Assembly: GCA_964016885.1 (NCBI GenBank)
Contig: OZ024742.1
Location: 78,554,001 to 78,618,000 of the forward strand
DNA: 64,000 nucleotides
Direction: 5' to 3'
Origin: Eledone cirrhosa
Lineage: Eukaryota
Of this stretch, positions 26,973 to 39,650 are shown one piece after another. The notes under the pieces are model-generated. The model did not search any database. It was not told the origin of the DNA and worked only from the letters and a program-made list of their open reading frames with translations. A program made the translations under genes and the position numbers. Position 1 is the stretch's first letter, and the number at the start of each line of letters is the position of its first letter.

Positions 26973-29476
26973 CATCATCATCATCATCATCACCGTTTTA
27001 CGTCCGTTCTTCCACGCTAGCATGGGTTAGACGGGTTGTCCTGTTGTGGGCAGTGTCTGGTCGGCTGACCATGCCTTGCTCATACAGGAACTGATCTGGC
27101 TTGATTTCTACAGCTGGATGCCCTTCCTAACACCAACCTCATTTACAGTGAGTGCTGGGTGCTTTTTCGTGGCGCCTACACGTCCACTTTACAGTGTGGG
27201 CTGGGTGCTTTTTTGCCGTGGCACCTCCACGACCACCTTGCGGTGGGGGGGGGGGCATATTGTTTATATGCTTCAGCATGTACCCATGGGAGGTCGGGTA
27301 CCCTGTATTACTGCGTGACGCCAGAAGTCACGGTCGTGTGTCATTGACTTTGAGAGGTGTAGTTGGGTAAGGTCGGCTTTTATCACCTCATCCCAAGTCA
27401 TCTTGGGTCTCCCCACTCCGCGGTTTCCATCAACTTCTAGTGCTCTGCACCTTTTTATGCAGCTGTCATCCTTCATACGCATCACATGTCCATACCAGCG
27501 TAACCGCCTCTCCTGCACGCAGCATTTGATTCCTCTTATGCTCAGTCTCTCTCTCAATTCATTTATGCTTTGTCGTTCACGTATATTACTGTTACACATC
27601 CATCGGAGCATGCAGGCTTCGTTTCTCTCTAATCTACGTAAGTCTTCCACCTTCAGCGCCCAGGTCTCACTACCATGCAACATCGCTGTTCGGATACACG
27701 CATCATACAGTCTGCCTTTCATTCTGAGGGAGAAGCCTTTTGCAGCTAGCAGTGGTAGTAGTTCCCTAAACTTCTTCCATCCCGTTCTTACCCTAGTTAT
27801 TGTACTTTCTGAGCACCCACCTCCGTTGCTAATTCGGTCACCTAGGTAGCAGAAGCTGTCTACTGTTTCTACAGGGCCCTCCCAGAGATTGGTGGTACTT
27901 GTTTCCTGTGGCTGTTTGCTTGCTGTTTCAGCACAGCTGCTGCATGTGAATCCTACATTCTTAATTAAGCTTCCTGAGATCCCGCTACATCTCTTGTGTA
28001 CCCATTGTTTGCATTTGGGGCAAAGAATGGAGTTGCTACCTACACCTTTCCTACATACTGAGCAAGGCCATTTCCCTGAGGGGATCTGGGTTCTGTTTTC
28101 TCGTCTACTTATAAGGACCTTAGTCTTTGTCATGTTGACTTTGAGGCCCTTTCTCTCTAGTCCCTGCTTCCAGGTTTGGAATTTATTCTCTAGTTCTACC
28201 ATAGATTCAGCTATGAGTGCGAGGTCATCAGCATACAGGAGTTCCCATGGGCATCCGGTCTTAAACTCCTCCGTTATTGCCTGCAGGACTATGATGAACA
28301 GGAGAGGGCTAAGAACAGAGCCCTGGTGGACCCCAACCTGTACGCTAAATTCCTCGCTATACTCATTGCCAATCCTAACTTTGCTGACTGCTCCCCTATA
28401 CATGGCTTGTACCGCTTTCACAAGCCATTCATCTACTCCTAGTTTTCTAAGAGCCCACCAGATTACTGCACGTGGAACTCTGTCAAAGGCTTTCTCAAGG
28501 TCGACAAATGCCAAGTAGAGTGGCTTACTTTTAGCTAGGTACTTTTCCTGTAATTGCCTCACAAGGAAGAGCGCATCAGTGGTGCCTTTCCCTGGAACAA
28601 ACCCAAATTGCATCTCGTCTATATTCACCCGGTCCCTAATCAGCTGTGCTATAACTCTTTCTGTTACTTTCATGACCTGGTCCATCAACTTTATACCTCT
28701 ATAGTTTCCTCTATCTAGTGCATCGCCTTTACCTTTGTAGCAGTTGACAATGATGCTACTGCACCAATCTTTTGGTATGGCCCCCTCTAGTATTACCTGG
28801 TTAACGATACGTGTGGTTATAGTGTGACCTACAGACCCAGATGCCTTCAGCATCTCGGCAGCTATACCCGATGGACCGGTTGCCTTCCCTATCTTCATAT
28901 CTCTGATTGCCTTACTTACTACGCTGCCGCTGACTTGTACTGCTGGTCCCTCTATAGGGTCTACGTGGGGTAGGGTCTCTTCTTCCCATGCATTCTCCTC
29001 ATTTAGTAATCTATCATAATGACTCTTCCATGCATCTTTCTTCTCAGCACTTGTGAGGGCAAGCTCACCTTTATCATTCCGGATACACTTCTCTCCAATG
29101 ACATCACAACTATCTCTGACACACTGCCTCGCAATCTTGAATACCTCCTGTTTCTGGTCCTCACGTTGTAAAACATGCTTGAATTTTCTATCCTCTGCTT
29201 CCCTCCTAGCTAAGTATACTTGTCGCCTAGCTTCCCTCTTGGTCTCTATGTAATGTACCCTGCTCCCCCCGTTCTTCCATTCTTTCCATGCCTGTCTCTT
29301 GGCCTTGACTGCTTCATCTACCTTATTGTTCCACCACCAAGTCACTCTCCTCCTGCTTGAGGTCTTACTCCAGCCACAAACCTCATCCGTCGCCTCTAGT
29401 AAGTTATTTTTTAGGAACTCCCAGTTCTCTTCTACGTTAAATGTCTCTATCTGTTCTTCTTTACTGTCGTAGGCGT
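26973..29476 (-). mobile_element. Young 5'-truncated RTE-clade LINE
   Basis: (TGA)n tail, ~300 bp 3'UTR, uninterrupted RT ORF; APE endonuclease absent. Confidence 0.93.
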
Positions 29477-29531
29477 TGAGCCTGTGCATATCCTCAGTAT
29501 TTCTGGCACATGTCTTACCATCAAACCACAT
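27273..29531 (-). CDS. RTE non-LTR reverse transcriptase with PHD-type finger (N-truncated; first ~18 aa come from the older host RTE)
   Basis: NYRGIKL, QFGF, FVDLEKAFD, GVHQGSVLSP, LLYADD, YLG, RRLRWYGHV motifs; C4HC3 finger CSVC...CPKCKQWVHKRC...CSSC. Confidence 0.92.
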   Translation of the reverse strand: MWFDGKTCARNTEDMHRLNAYDSKEEQIETFNVEENWEFLKNNLLEATDEVCGWSKTSSRRRVTWWWNNKVDEAVKAKRQAWKEWKNGGSRVHYIETKREARRQVYLARREAEDRKFKHVLQREDQKQEVFKIARQCVRDSCDVIGEKCIRNDKGELALTSAEKKDAWKSHYDRLLNEENAWEEETLPHVDPIEGPAVQVSGSVVSKAIRDMKIGKATGPSGIAAEMLKASGSVGHTITTRIVNQVILEGAIPKDWCSSIIVNCYKGKGDALDRGNYRGIKLMDQVMKVTERVIAQLIRDRVNIDEMQFGFVPGKGTTDALFLVRQLQEKYLAKSKPLYLAFVDLEKAFDRVPRAVIWWALRKLGVDEWLVKAVQAMYRGAVSKVRIGNEYSEEFSVQVGVHQGSVLSPLLFIIVLQAITEEFKTGCPWELLYADDLALIAESMVELENKFQTWKQGLERKGLKVNMTKTKVLISRRENRTQIPSGKWPCSVCRKGVGSNSILCPKCKQWVHKRCSGISGSLIKNVGFTCSSCAETASKQPQETSTTNLWEGPVETVDSFCYLGDRISNGGGCSESTITRVRTGWKKFRELLPLLAAKGFSLRMKGRLYDACIRTAMLHGSETWALKVEDLRRLERNEACMLRWMCNSNIRERQSINELRERLSIRGIKCCVQERRLRWYGHVMRMKDDSCIKRCRALEVDGNRGVGRPKMTWDEVIKADLTQLHLSKSMTHDRDFWRHAVIQGTRPPMGTC

Positions 29532-29589
29532 CCCTCATATAGGCAACATACAATCCACCTTTCAATTAGAGCAAGATAAATGTTTCCAA

Positions 29590-30160
29590 ATGTTCTTATT
29601 ATAGGTACTATATGTATATTTCTCACAGTTGAATCTCTTGAAGAATAGGAAGCATGGAAAGAATAAGTCTTAAAATATACCTAACAAAGACAAAATATTT
29701 AGTTAGCAGGAATGAAGAAGCAACTACTGTTATCTAGGAAGTGGCTGTGTTTGATATGATGAAAACAAGCAGTTAGGAATTCCATACTGTGTACCTAATG
29801 TAAACTGAGTGCACAAGAAATGCAGTGGGATCACAAGTAGGTTGACAGAGAAGGAATTAGAATGTAGCTAATGCTCAGGAGCAGTTAGCAGTAAAAACTC
29901 TGAGGAAATAGATTCTTTCACATTCTTAGAAGGCTCCCTAGATTAGTAAATAGCTTCTGTTACTTAATTGATCTAATTAGCAGAGGAGGGCATTTCAATC
30001 TCCATCTTCTAGAATTACCCTTATTTTGATATCCAGAGAAGATAGAGGAACACTGTAGCTGTCATTTCCCAACTGAAGAAGTTAAGTTCTTCAATCAGAA
30101 AATAAATTTATTGATTGTAAGTACCTTTAACACTTCTTGTACTTCATTTACAAAAGAAAC
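29590..30160 (-). pseudogene. Highly decayed non-LTR retrotransposon 3' region (CR1/Jockey-like)
   Basis: Faint resemblance to LINE ORF ends; a similar relic lies at ~22600-22870 (+). Confidence 0.3.
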
Positions 30161-31017
30161 CACCCCTGTTTCTATGATATATAACAATCTATTTTAAAAT
30201 GCTTATATTTATCTACAAAAAACTTCTATCATAATTTTATTTAAGGATTTTTTATTGTTGCTGCATGATAATAAAAATGTTAGTTATAATACAAATTCTC
30301 AATTATTTTCAAAATGATTGAAAACCACATGCAGTGTCTTTTGTACTTCGTTAGAAATATGGCAATAAAACAGCAACAGAACAACACTCAGTTGTTTGCT
30401 TCATTCTGCCTTTCTGAGACCAAATAAACATCGACTTCTACAGTTGAATGGGTATAAAGAAAGAAGAGTATCCATCTCTAAAGCCAGTTACACCAACAAT
30501 ATACAAATATCCCAAATCAATGACATAAAAGGTCTAAAAAAACTGCCTATATTTACACATGGAGACATATACACATATTTTCATTTATTTATATACACCA
30601 ACACAGATATCCAAACAGACAATGATAAATATATATACCTGCATAGATAATAAATTAGGGGTGATAGATAATAGGTTCATCACAGTGGGAAATGCACATA
30701 TAATGAATTAACTGCTGTTCATATTAAAATTTCATGTTGATAAGGCCCCTGTTGTGGAAAGCAGAAACACAAGTGAATATGAAAGCTGATCTCCATAGCA
30801 AACATCAACAACAACAACACTAGAAACAATTATTAACTGGATGTAGGTCACGATTTATATTTATTTATATTTATATTTTGTTATTCAGATCCAGTTTATC
30901 ACATATTTTCTATGGAATTTTAGCTGGTGTCATTCTGTCTTGAAGATAAGTACATACACACACTATATATATATCTTTTACCCGTTCCAGCCAACTGGCT
31001 GAAGCCATGCTGGGGCA

Positions 31018-31080
<63 letters not shown>

Positions 31081-31087
<7 letters not shown>

Positions 31088-31487
31088 CTGATAGTAGCTA
31101 TGATGTTTCCATAGGCAGTATGCCGGTTGAGCAATCTATGTTCTTACAGAGCAGAGTGTGATATAATATTAAACAAAAAATCAGTGATGCATCTGAACTC
31201 AATTTATTGTGTGTTACAATTGTTTCGCTGGCATACAGCTCAAGAGTGCATGCGCGTGTCTATGTATATGACTGTACGTGTTTGTGTATACGAGTAGATA
31301 TACGCGTATGTATGTGTGTGCGCCTGTGTACGTGTGTGTGTGAGTTGATGTACATGGGCTGTAGGCAGGCATCTGTGGACGCGTATGTCTAAAGTTTTAT
31401 AGGTTCTCTTTGGGTGCGTATGTATAGCGGGAGTATATGCGTACGGATGTTATTTATATGATTGTGTGCATGTGTGTGTGTGTGTGA

Positions 31488-31537
<50 letters not shown>

Positions 31538-31888
31538 ATGTGTGTGTGTGTGAGTACGCACGTGGACGTGTGTACTACCAAACCCAGCAGGGATTCATTG
31601 AAGTGTGGCAGGAAAAAGGACAGCTGACAGTACCTGTTGGCCAAAATTTATGATGACGTAGAAGAACAACAGCCAATAGCAGGATGAGCGAAGAGGATGT
31701 TTTTTTACGCTAACACCCCAGTGAGAAAATTTGATCCGAAATTATTAGAAGTGTCCAACGAACCTGTAGATCCAGAATCAGACAGATCCACACAATGATT
31801 GTGTCCACAGCTGTCTGCTGGCGAAACAATTGTAACACACAATAAATTGAGTTCAGATGCATCACTGATTTTTCGTTTTATATTATAT
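31081..31888. mobile_element. Inverted-repeat element, 80 bp arms carrying hammerhead half-motifs
   Basis: 31161-31240 pairs with 31809-31888; each arm has stem II-GAAAC-AATT-GTA but a defective CUGANGA box; (TA)n on both sides. Confidence 0.65.
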
Positions 31889-32252
31889 ACATATATATAT
31901 ACACACACACATATATATATATATACACAATTATTTCAGCTCAACTATTCTCCACTATCTTTAGCATTTCACCAAAACACATTAAAAGAGAAACAGACCA
32001 CATAAAATTCAAAAAGTCTTTGGGCAAATTTCTCCAAGAAATACTGGATAAACTTTCTACACCTGGTTTTGCCTCTGTAAACAATAACTCTCTACTTGAG
32101 TGGGCCAAGCCATCCAAATCTTGATTTGAAAGACTTCGCTAGGTGGTGCTAAGTTAGACATGGCCTGGGCCAATACTGGCCAAAAGTTATCAAAGTTTTA
32201 TATATATATACACACAAACACTCATGAATGATTATGGCAATTTAATAAATTC

Positions 32253-32299
<47 letters not shown>

Positions 32300-32674
32300 T
32301 ACTCCAAGTAAAAAGTATTGGTTGATCAAGCAATCAACAGACTGCAGTGTGATCAGATGCAGGCGCATCACAATGTGGATACCTTAAGGTATTACCTATA
32401 TGGTATCAGACAGTGTGACAATATTATAAAGAAAGAAGAAAAACAGTATCACACATACATCTTCAGTTTCTTACATACAGTGTCATTCTGAATCTCCCTG
32501 AGAATTGTGTTAAATGTACATGTGTCTGTGGAATGCTCAGTTATTAGCTTGTTAATTTCATGGGCTAGCTTATTCAATGATCAAACAACTAGAACATTCA
32601 TCATTGGAACCAGTGGAAACTTTGCTTCCATTGGTCTTTCCATTTCTGATACGATCTGCCAATTGTAACTCTTG

Positions 32675-32900
32675 TAATGGTTTCTTATATAGGCACAAGA
32701 CAAGGCCAACAATTTTGGGAGAGGGGAAAGTCAATTAAATCGACTGCAGTGTGTGACTGGTACTTTATTTTATCGACCCCGTAAGGATGAAAGGCAAAGT
32801 TAACCTCGGCGGTATTTGAACTCAGATCATAAAGGGCCGTAACTCTATGCTGCAAAGCATGGCGTCTGACCCTCTACTGATACTGCCAATCCACTGCCCA
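32675..32900 (-). mobile_element. Family 2 SINE
   Basis: Reverse complement of the 8083-type sequence. Confidence 0.8.
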
Positions 32901-33564
32901 GTATACATAATATTGACTAACATTGACATATATTTTCTATTAAAGTATAGGATTGAAGCATCGGTAGCCCATAAATAATAAAGATAATATTAATAATGAT
33001 TATTATTATTAAGAAACAAAATCATTCTTGTTACATATCTTCAAAAGAGAACACATTTAACTATGTAAACAATATACATTTAGTGTCTATAGACATTCAG
33101 GATATAGAATAGGTAAACATTGAAGAAAAAGAAAACAAACATACAATATAATAGCTGGTCAATACATAGACATAAATAAGCAAAGTCCTTCACATACACA
33201 GAGGCACCATAGAAATTATTATCATTAGCACCATTGTAGTCATCCTCATCATTATCACTAACAGATTGCCAGTACAAGCAATATCACTATTGTCATAAAT
33301 CACTAGCTATTTTTATTGCTTAGCCCCAGCAAGAGCAGACATATCTTCAAAGGCTTCCCACCAATCATCAACCTGTCATGATTTGAAAGAAATTTAGCTA
33401 TGATTTCTGACAAGTTAAACAAGCACATACAATCCTCATTGAAACACAAGGTAAGTAGTTTTATCACTAAAGTGTTTAAATGACTCAACCAGAGTAACCT
33501 CAATATAGTTAATAAACATAAACATATATTGTCTTGCTGTGACAGTAGGCCTCTACAGATGCAA

Positions 33565-33900
33565 ATATGGCTGAGTGGTTAAGAAGTTCCCTTGACAATC
33601 ATGAAGTTCTGGGTTCAATTTCACTGCATGTCATCTTGGACAAGTATTTTTACAATAGCCTCAGGTCAACCTAAATCTTGCCAGTGAAAATTGTTAGTTG
33701 GAAACTCTGTGAAAGCATGTCAGAAGAATTGTAACTGTGATTGAAAAGTCCAGCTTTGTCACATATTACATGATAGTTACATTAAGAGTACAAGTGTCTG
33801 TAGAATACTCAACTAATTATATGATTACATGTTAATTCACAAGATGGAGATATAGTTGAGGAAATACTAATTGTTCTTCATCGAAATTGACGAAGGGTCC
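33565..33900 (+). mobile_element. Diverged tRNA-CORE SINE
   Basis: tggctgagtggttaagaag head, gggttcaat box B, tcttggacaagt CORE-like segment. Confidence 0.55.
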
Positions 33901-34081
33901 ATCATCCTCATTTTTATCATTATGGGGCCCCAATGATAACACTACAGGATTTTCAGCAGTTTGGGACTAATTTTGTTTTTCATTAGAGTCTCATAAGAAA
34001 TCAATTATATCTGTCTTCCAAGCTGCAGAGACTAAGTATCATAAATCGAGAAATATAGAAAATTATATATATATATATATA

Positions 34082-35788
34082 TCATCATCATCATCATCAT
34101 CGTTTAACGTCTATCTTCCATGCTTGCATGGGTTTAGATGGGAATTGTCCCATGTGAGGCAAGATTGGTTGTCTTGCTCGTATAGGACTGTCTGGCGGAT
34201 TTTCTACAGCTGGATGCCCTTCCTAACACCAACCACGTTTAAAGTCTGGACTGGGAGGTTTTTAACGTGTTACCTACATGGCCACATTACAGCATGGATT
34301 GTGTGTTTTTTTTGTCGTGACACCTACACAACCTCATTTATTTAGGACTGGATGTTGTGGCACCAACATAACTTTAAGTGTAGATGGGGTGGGGGTAAGG
34401 GTAATGGGGTGGGGTGTATTTTTGGTTAGGAGGAACCTACTGACTGTAGGTTTCGCTTTGTACGTAGGCAAGGTGGGGCTTCTGTATTACTGCGTAGTGC
34501 CAAAGATCTCGGTTCAGTGACATTGTCTTGGAGAGGTGTAAGTGTGTAAGGTCGGAATTTATCAAATCGTCCCAGGTTTTTCTGGGTCTACCTACTCTGT
34601 AGCTTCCGTCTATTTTAATCGCCCTGCACTTTTTTATACAGCTGTCGTCTTTCATGTGCATCACGTGACCATACCAACGTAGTCTTCTCTCGAGTAAACA
34701 GCACTGATCCCTCTTATTCCTAATTTCTCACTTAGTTCATTCATACTTTGCCGTTCAGGTATATTACTATTACACATTCAACGGAGCATGCAAGCTTCGT
34801 TCCTCTCCAGTCTGCACAGATCCTCTGCACACAATGCCCATGTCTCACTGCCATGTAACATTGCTGTTCGTATGCAGGCATCATACAGTCTGCCTTTCAT
34901 TTTTAGGGAGAAACCTTTAGCGGCCAATAGTGGTATAAGCTCTCTGAACTTTTTCCATCCCGTTCTGACCTTAGCTACTGTACTTTCAGAGCACCCACCA
35001 CCACTGCTGATTTTGTCACCCAAATAACAGAAGGTGTCTACTATTTCTATAGAACCATCTGGGCAATGGAAGGAGATAGTATCTTGTGGGCACTTGCTAC
35101 TACTTATTGCACCTGAGCACTGGCCACATATAAAATCTATGTTCTTGGTTAGTTTACCTGTGATCCCACTACATCTTTTATGCACCCATACTTTGCATTG
35201 GGGACATAAAATGGAGTTTCTGCCTACTCCTTTCCTACACACTGAGCATGGCCATTTCCCAGAGGAGACCAGTGCCCTATTTTCCTTCCTACATACTAGA
35301 ACTTTAGCCTTAGACAAGTTAATTTTAAGGCCTTTTGATTCTAGGCCATACTTCCAAGTTTGGCATTTCTTCTCTAGTTCAGCCATTGATTCAGCTATGA
35401 GCGTTAGATCATCTGCGTATAGAAGTTTCCACGGGCAGCCGGTCTTGAACTCCACTGTTATAGCCTGAAGGGCAATAATAAAGGGGAGGGGGCTAAGGAC
35501 AGAGCCCTGATGAACACCGACTTTTACGCTAAATTCTTCACTATATTCGTTGTTAATTCTAACCTTGCTGACTGTTTCTTTATACATGGCTTGTATTGCT
35601 CTCACAAGCCATTCATCAATACCTAGTTTTCTAAGAGCCCACCAAATAATGGAGTGGAGGACTCTGTCAAGGGCTTTCTCCAAGTCAACAAAAGCTAAGT
35701 ATAGGGGTTTACTTTTAGCTAGGTACTTCTGTAGTTGTCGTACAAGGAAAAGAGCGTCTGTGGTACTTTTACCTGACACAAACCCAAA
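34082..35788 (-). mobile_element. 5'-truncated RTE LINE (second subfamily) with stop/frameshift
   Basis: ORFs 34778-35779 (LLYADD, PHD finger) and 34437-34664; (CAT)n tail; both ends abut (TA)n. Confidence 0.9.
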
Positions 35789-35894
35789 TATATATATATA
35801 TATATAATTTTAGTATACTAGGGAGAGGATCAGGGGTGTATATATAATTTTATATATTTATATATATATATATACACACACACACTGTAGAGGT

Positions 35895-36187
35895 AGGTAA
35901 GAGGTAAACCCCCTTCGGTCACGAATGACCATCGAATTTGCACCTAGAAAGTTCACCTCCAAGGCACAAGTCTGGGCAAAGTTATTTGTAGAAGTTGCCC
36001 AGGGCATATCACAAGGTTATGTGTGGTAGTCACCCAGGGCATACCATTCTCCAAAGGGAAGGCAAAGGCTAATACAGCTTGGCACCAGTGACATTGCCAC
36101 TCATTTCTACAGCTGAGTAAACTGAAGGGCATAAGACATCACCCGGTCTGGGAATTGAACTCACAACCTCACGATTGCAAGCCCAAT
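35895..36187 (-). mobile_element. tRNA-CORE SINE with a different 3' tail
   Basis: Head and CORE end match 331-480, tail does not; related heads at 18555-18735 and 38300-38540. Confidence 0.6.
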
Positions 36188-37194
36188 TGATCCAGTTGGA
36201 TCTCCAAGAAAGACTAGCTGAGCTCATAGATGTTATCCACCTATCTTGCTTGGGGTCAACCAGTAGGTCTCCTGCCAGTTGGTTTTCAAAATTATAACAT
36301 GCATAATCAAATTTACATAAAATCCATCTGTTTTAGCCATCGGATCCATTTTCACACCAAAGTCAAATATATGGATGTGACTCTGTATGCATATATATAA
36401 CCTGTGCTTTATTGGTACTTTAGTCATTACTAGCCAGTTATCAAACTTGTACCATCACGTAAATCTAATTATACCTGGCATAATTTCATTTATATTTCTA
36501 TAAACAGTTTACACTCAGAAATTAATAACTGCATCATCGTCTTCCACATCATCAACATCACAAATAGCAGATGTGATAGCATCTCTACTACTATTACTTC
36601 TACAATAACCACAACTTAACATGTAATGGAGCTTCTATGTGATAAAAGGACCTACTAGAAATAACAGCCAAATCACCTTCAAATTATACCATACTATTTT
36701 AAATAAGGAGGTTACATATTAAATACTGTTACTGCACACAGACCTAACATGTAGAACTGTCTATCATATGTCTACTTGATCAGGAAAGACCTAGAACAAA
36801 AGAAAAGTACTACCACCACCACTATCATCCTCACTAATATCTGTAATACTAACCAATGATGATGACCAATACTACCACCACCATTAATATCACTACTACT
36901 GCTAACTACATTACCACTATTACATGAATCTCTATCACTATCATTACTGATATTATTATTATCTTATAAACTACCTCTAATGTTACATGAATTACCACCA
37001 ACCATCATCACCATCAATACCACTACCACCACCAACACCACCCTCACCACCACTATCGCCCAGCCTCCACTGTCATCAGCACCATCAATCCAGTAGTTTT
37101 ATACCATTTTTTCTTGCAATGCTTGAATGACCAAGCTGGTTTCATATGCATATGCTTCCATAAATATGTACGACACAGAGAGATAAAGAAAGAG

Positions 37195-37308
<114 letters not shown>

Positions 37309-38829
37309 AACTACTACTACTAATAACAATGAGATTCATGGAAGTGATCAGTCAGGTGTGCAATGAGACACCATTCATGTTATATTGAATTGCAGATCAC
37401 CTGTGGCATATTGAAAATAAAGAGATGCAGGGAGTTTGGTCGAGTGAATAGCACCAAATAAATATGCAATGACATGCACAGTTACAAAGAAGGAGCCACC
37501 AGCTGTTGTTATTATGCTGGGGTGTAAATTATGCAGAAGGGCAAACTGAAAAAGACAGGCAAAGCATCTTTCAACAAGTACAAATGTAAGACTACCTTCA
37601 ACATTTCTAACAGTATTTGTTTATATAGCTATGTATATCTGATGATATATATGAGACCTGTAGAAAACATGATTGTAATGAGATGAAGTCGTAAAGACTG
37701 ACTTCACAAGATTAAACTTCATGACAGAAGTGAAAAATGTCAGTGATTATTGGTGAGGTGTTTCCATTGGTCTTTCCAACTCCTGACAAAAAGAGCAATG
37801 TGAAATGCTAGAGGTGATCTGCCCACTGGTATAAGAAGCAAGATTGCATAATATGTCCCTATAAACTCCACCCTGTCTCCTTTTCCACTGTACTGTCTAC
37901 TATACCCTCATACACTGCTACTCATCAACACATCTAATGCATTCTCTGTGCTACATACAACCATGTAGCAGCGAAGTGACATTTGGTCAGTCCAAACTTG
38001 ATCTCTCCACAATCACTCTATTACTATTCTCACCACCACTGTACTCCATCACTCTCTACTACATAACTATATCCCCTCTCCATTCTTATTATTCTGTTCT
38101 ACCCCACCACATTTGTCATACTGCTCTGTTACATTTTAAACCACTCCCTTTTATTACCTCCATTGAACATGTTTATCTTGTAACAAAACAATCTCTCCAG
38201 TATTGGTGCCACTATAACATTTTCCAAACAACTGTTCTTCCTCTTTATACATTTATATCATTGCACCAACATAAAAAAAAAATTGATCAACAAGTTCTCC
38301 GACCTCATTCGTTTACCGAGTGGAGGTTGAATTCAAATCGGACCAAGGCAACAATGTTTCCATTAGTCTTTCCATTGCTGATAATATCTACTGGTTGCAC
38401 CTCCTGGCAGAAAGAGTAACATGAAATAAAGTGTCTTGCTCAAGGATATAACACCTTGCCAGTCCAAGAATCAAACTCATAACCCTCATAACCTTGCAAT
38501 TGCTAATCCGATTCTCTAACCACGAATTCATGCACCTTCACTATGTAAGAATTCATGATTCTATTGTAAAACCATATACTGTACTTCATTCAGCTCTGTG
38601 ACATTGTGACATGTGCCAAATCTTCAACATCATCATAATTATTTACATTACTGAAAGCAGTGAGAAGATGGCTGCCAAAACAAGAGAATGCCAGATTTAA
38701 TTCTAGATATAATTTTATTTAGTGATTCATTTTTACAATCAATTTATACCAGAGTAAAGTGTGCTATCTGTCTGTCAGTCTATCTGTTTATCTATAAATT
38801 TATCTATCTAGCCTTTTGATATTATAAGC

Positions 38830-38868
38830 ACTAGCAGAAAAACCACCCTTCGGGTGGTTTTCTGCTAG
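38830..38868 (-). other. Hairpin bounded by CTAG, resembling a Helitron 3' terminus
   Basis: ctagcagaaaaaccaccc-ttc-gggtggttttctgctag; minus strand reads GC hairpin then CTAG|T. Confidence 0.4.
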
Positions 38869-39224
38869 CATGTGTAGTGTGTATATTGATATTATACGCA
38901 GGTATATATACATGTTGATATGATACATCAAATAAAATCGTAATTGACAATATATTATACATAGAAATTGAACAAAGACTGTGTTACACTGTCTTATTTA
39001 ATCAGTAACGTAATCCATGATACATTAAAAAAGACGATATCATATATAAACTGCATTAAGAGAAAATTAGTATGTTTATTTAAGCGATGGCCAACCGGAA
39101 GTGTTGACATTTCAGAAATTTTAAAGAGGTCCCGTGCTCCTTACTTTATTATAGTTTAGATGAGTTTAAAAAAAAAAAGAGTTAATAAATAAATAAAACC
39201 TTATACTTGTTTTACCCTCCCATT

Positions 39225-39650
39225 TCCAATTAAACCGAACGCTATCATGACTGTATGTGTGTGTTTGTGTAAATGTATATGTATGAATGTATGTATGTTT
39301 GTGTAAATGTATGTTTGAATGTATGTATATGTGTGTGAAAGTATGTATGTTTGTGTGAAAGTATGTGTGAATGTATGTATATTTGTGTGGAAGTATGTGT
39401 GAATGTATGTATGTTTGTGTGAAAGTATGAGTGAATGTATGTATATTTGTGTGTCACATCTCCAATTAAACCGAACGCTATCATGACTGTATGTGTGTGT
39501 TTGTGTAAATGTATATGTGTGAATGTATGTATGTTTGTGTGAAAGTATATGTGTGAATGTATGTATATTTGTGTGAAAGTATGTATGTTTGTGTGAAAGT
39601 ATGTGTGAATGTATGTATATTTGTGTGAAAGTATATGTATTTGTGTGAAT
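39225..39650. repeat. Tandem duplication (236 bp period) of a GT-rich minisatellite block
   Basis: tccaattaaaccgaacgctatcatgactgt at 39225 and 39461. Confidence 0.85.

Noticed and set aside
27403-29253. Plus-strand ORFs of 148, 209 and 66 aa
   Set aside because: Antisense shadows of the RTE ORF with no motifs of their own.
37937-38419. 160 aa ORF
   Set aside because: Low complexity, runs into a SINE, no recognisable domain.
38831-38868. Rho-independent terminator-like hairpin
   Set aside because: Eukaryotic repeat context with no upstream gene.
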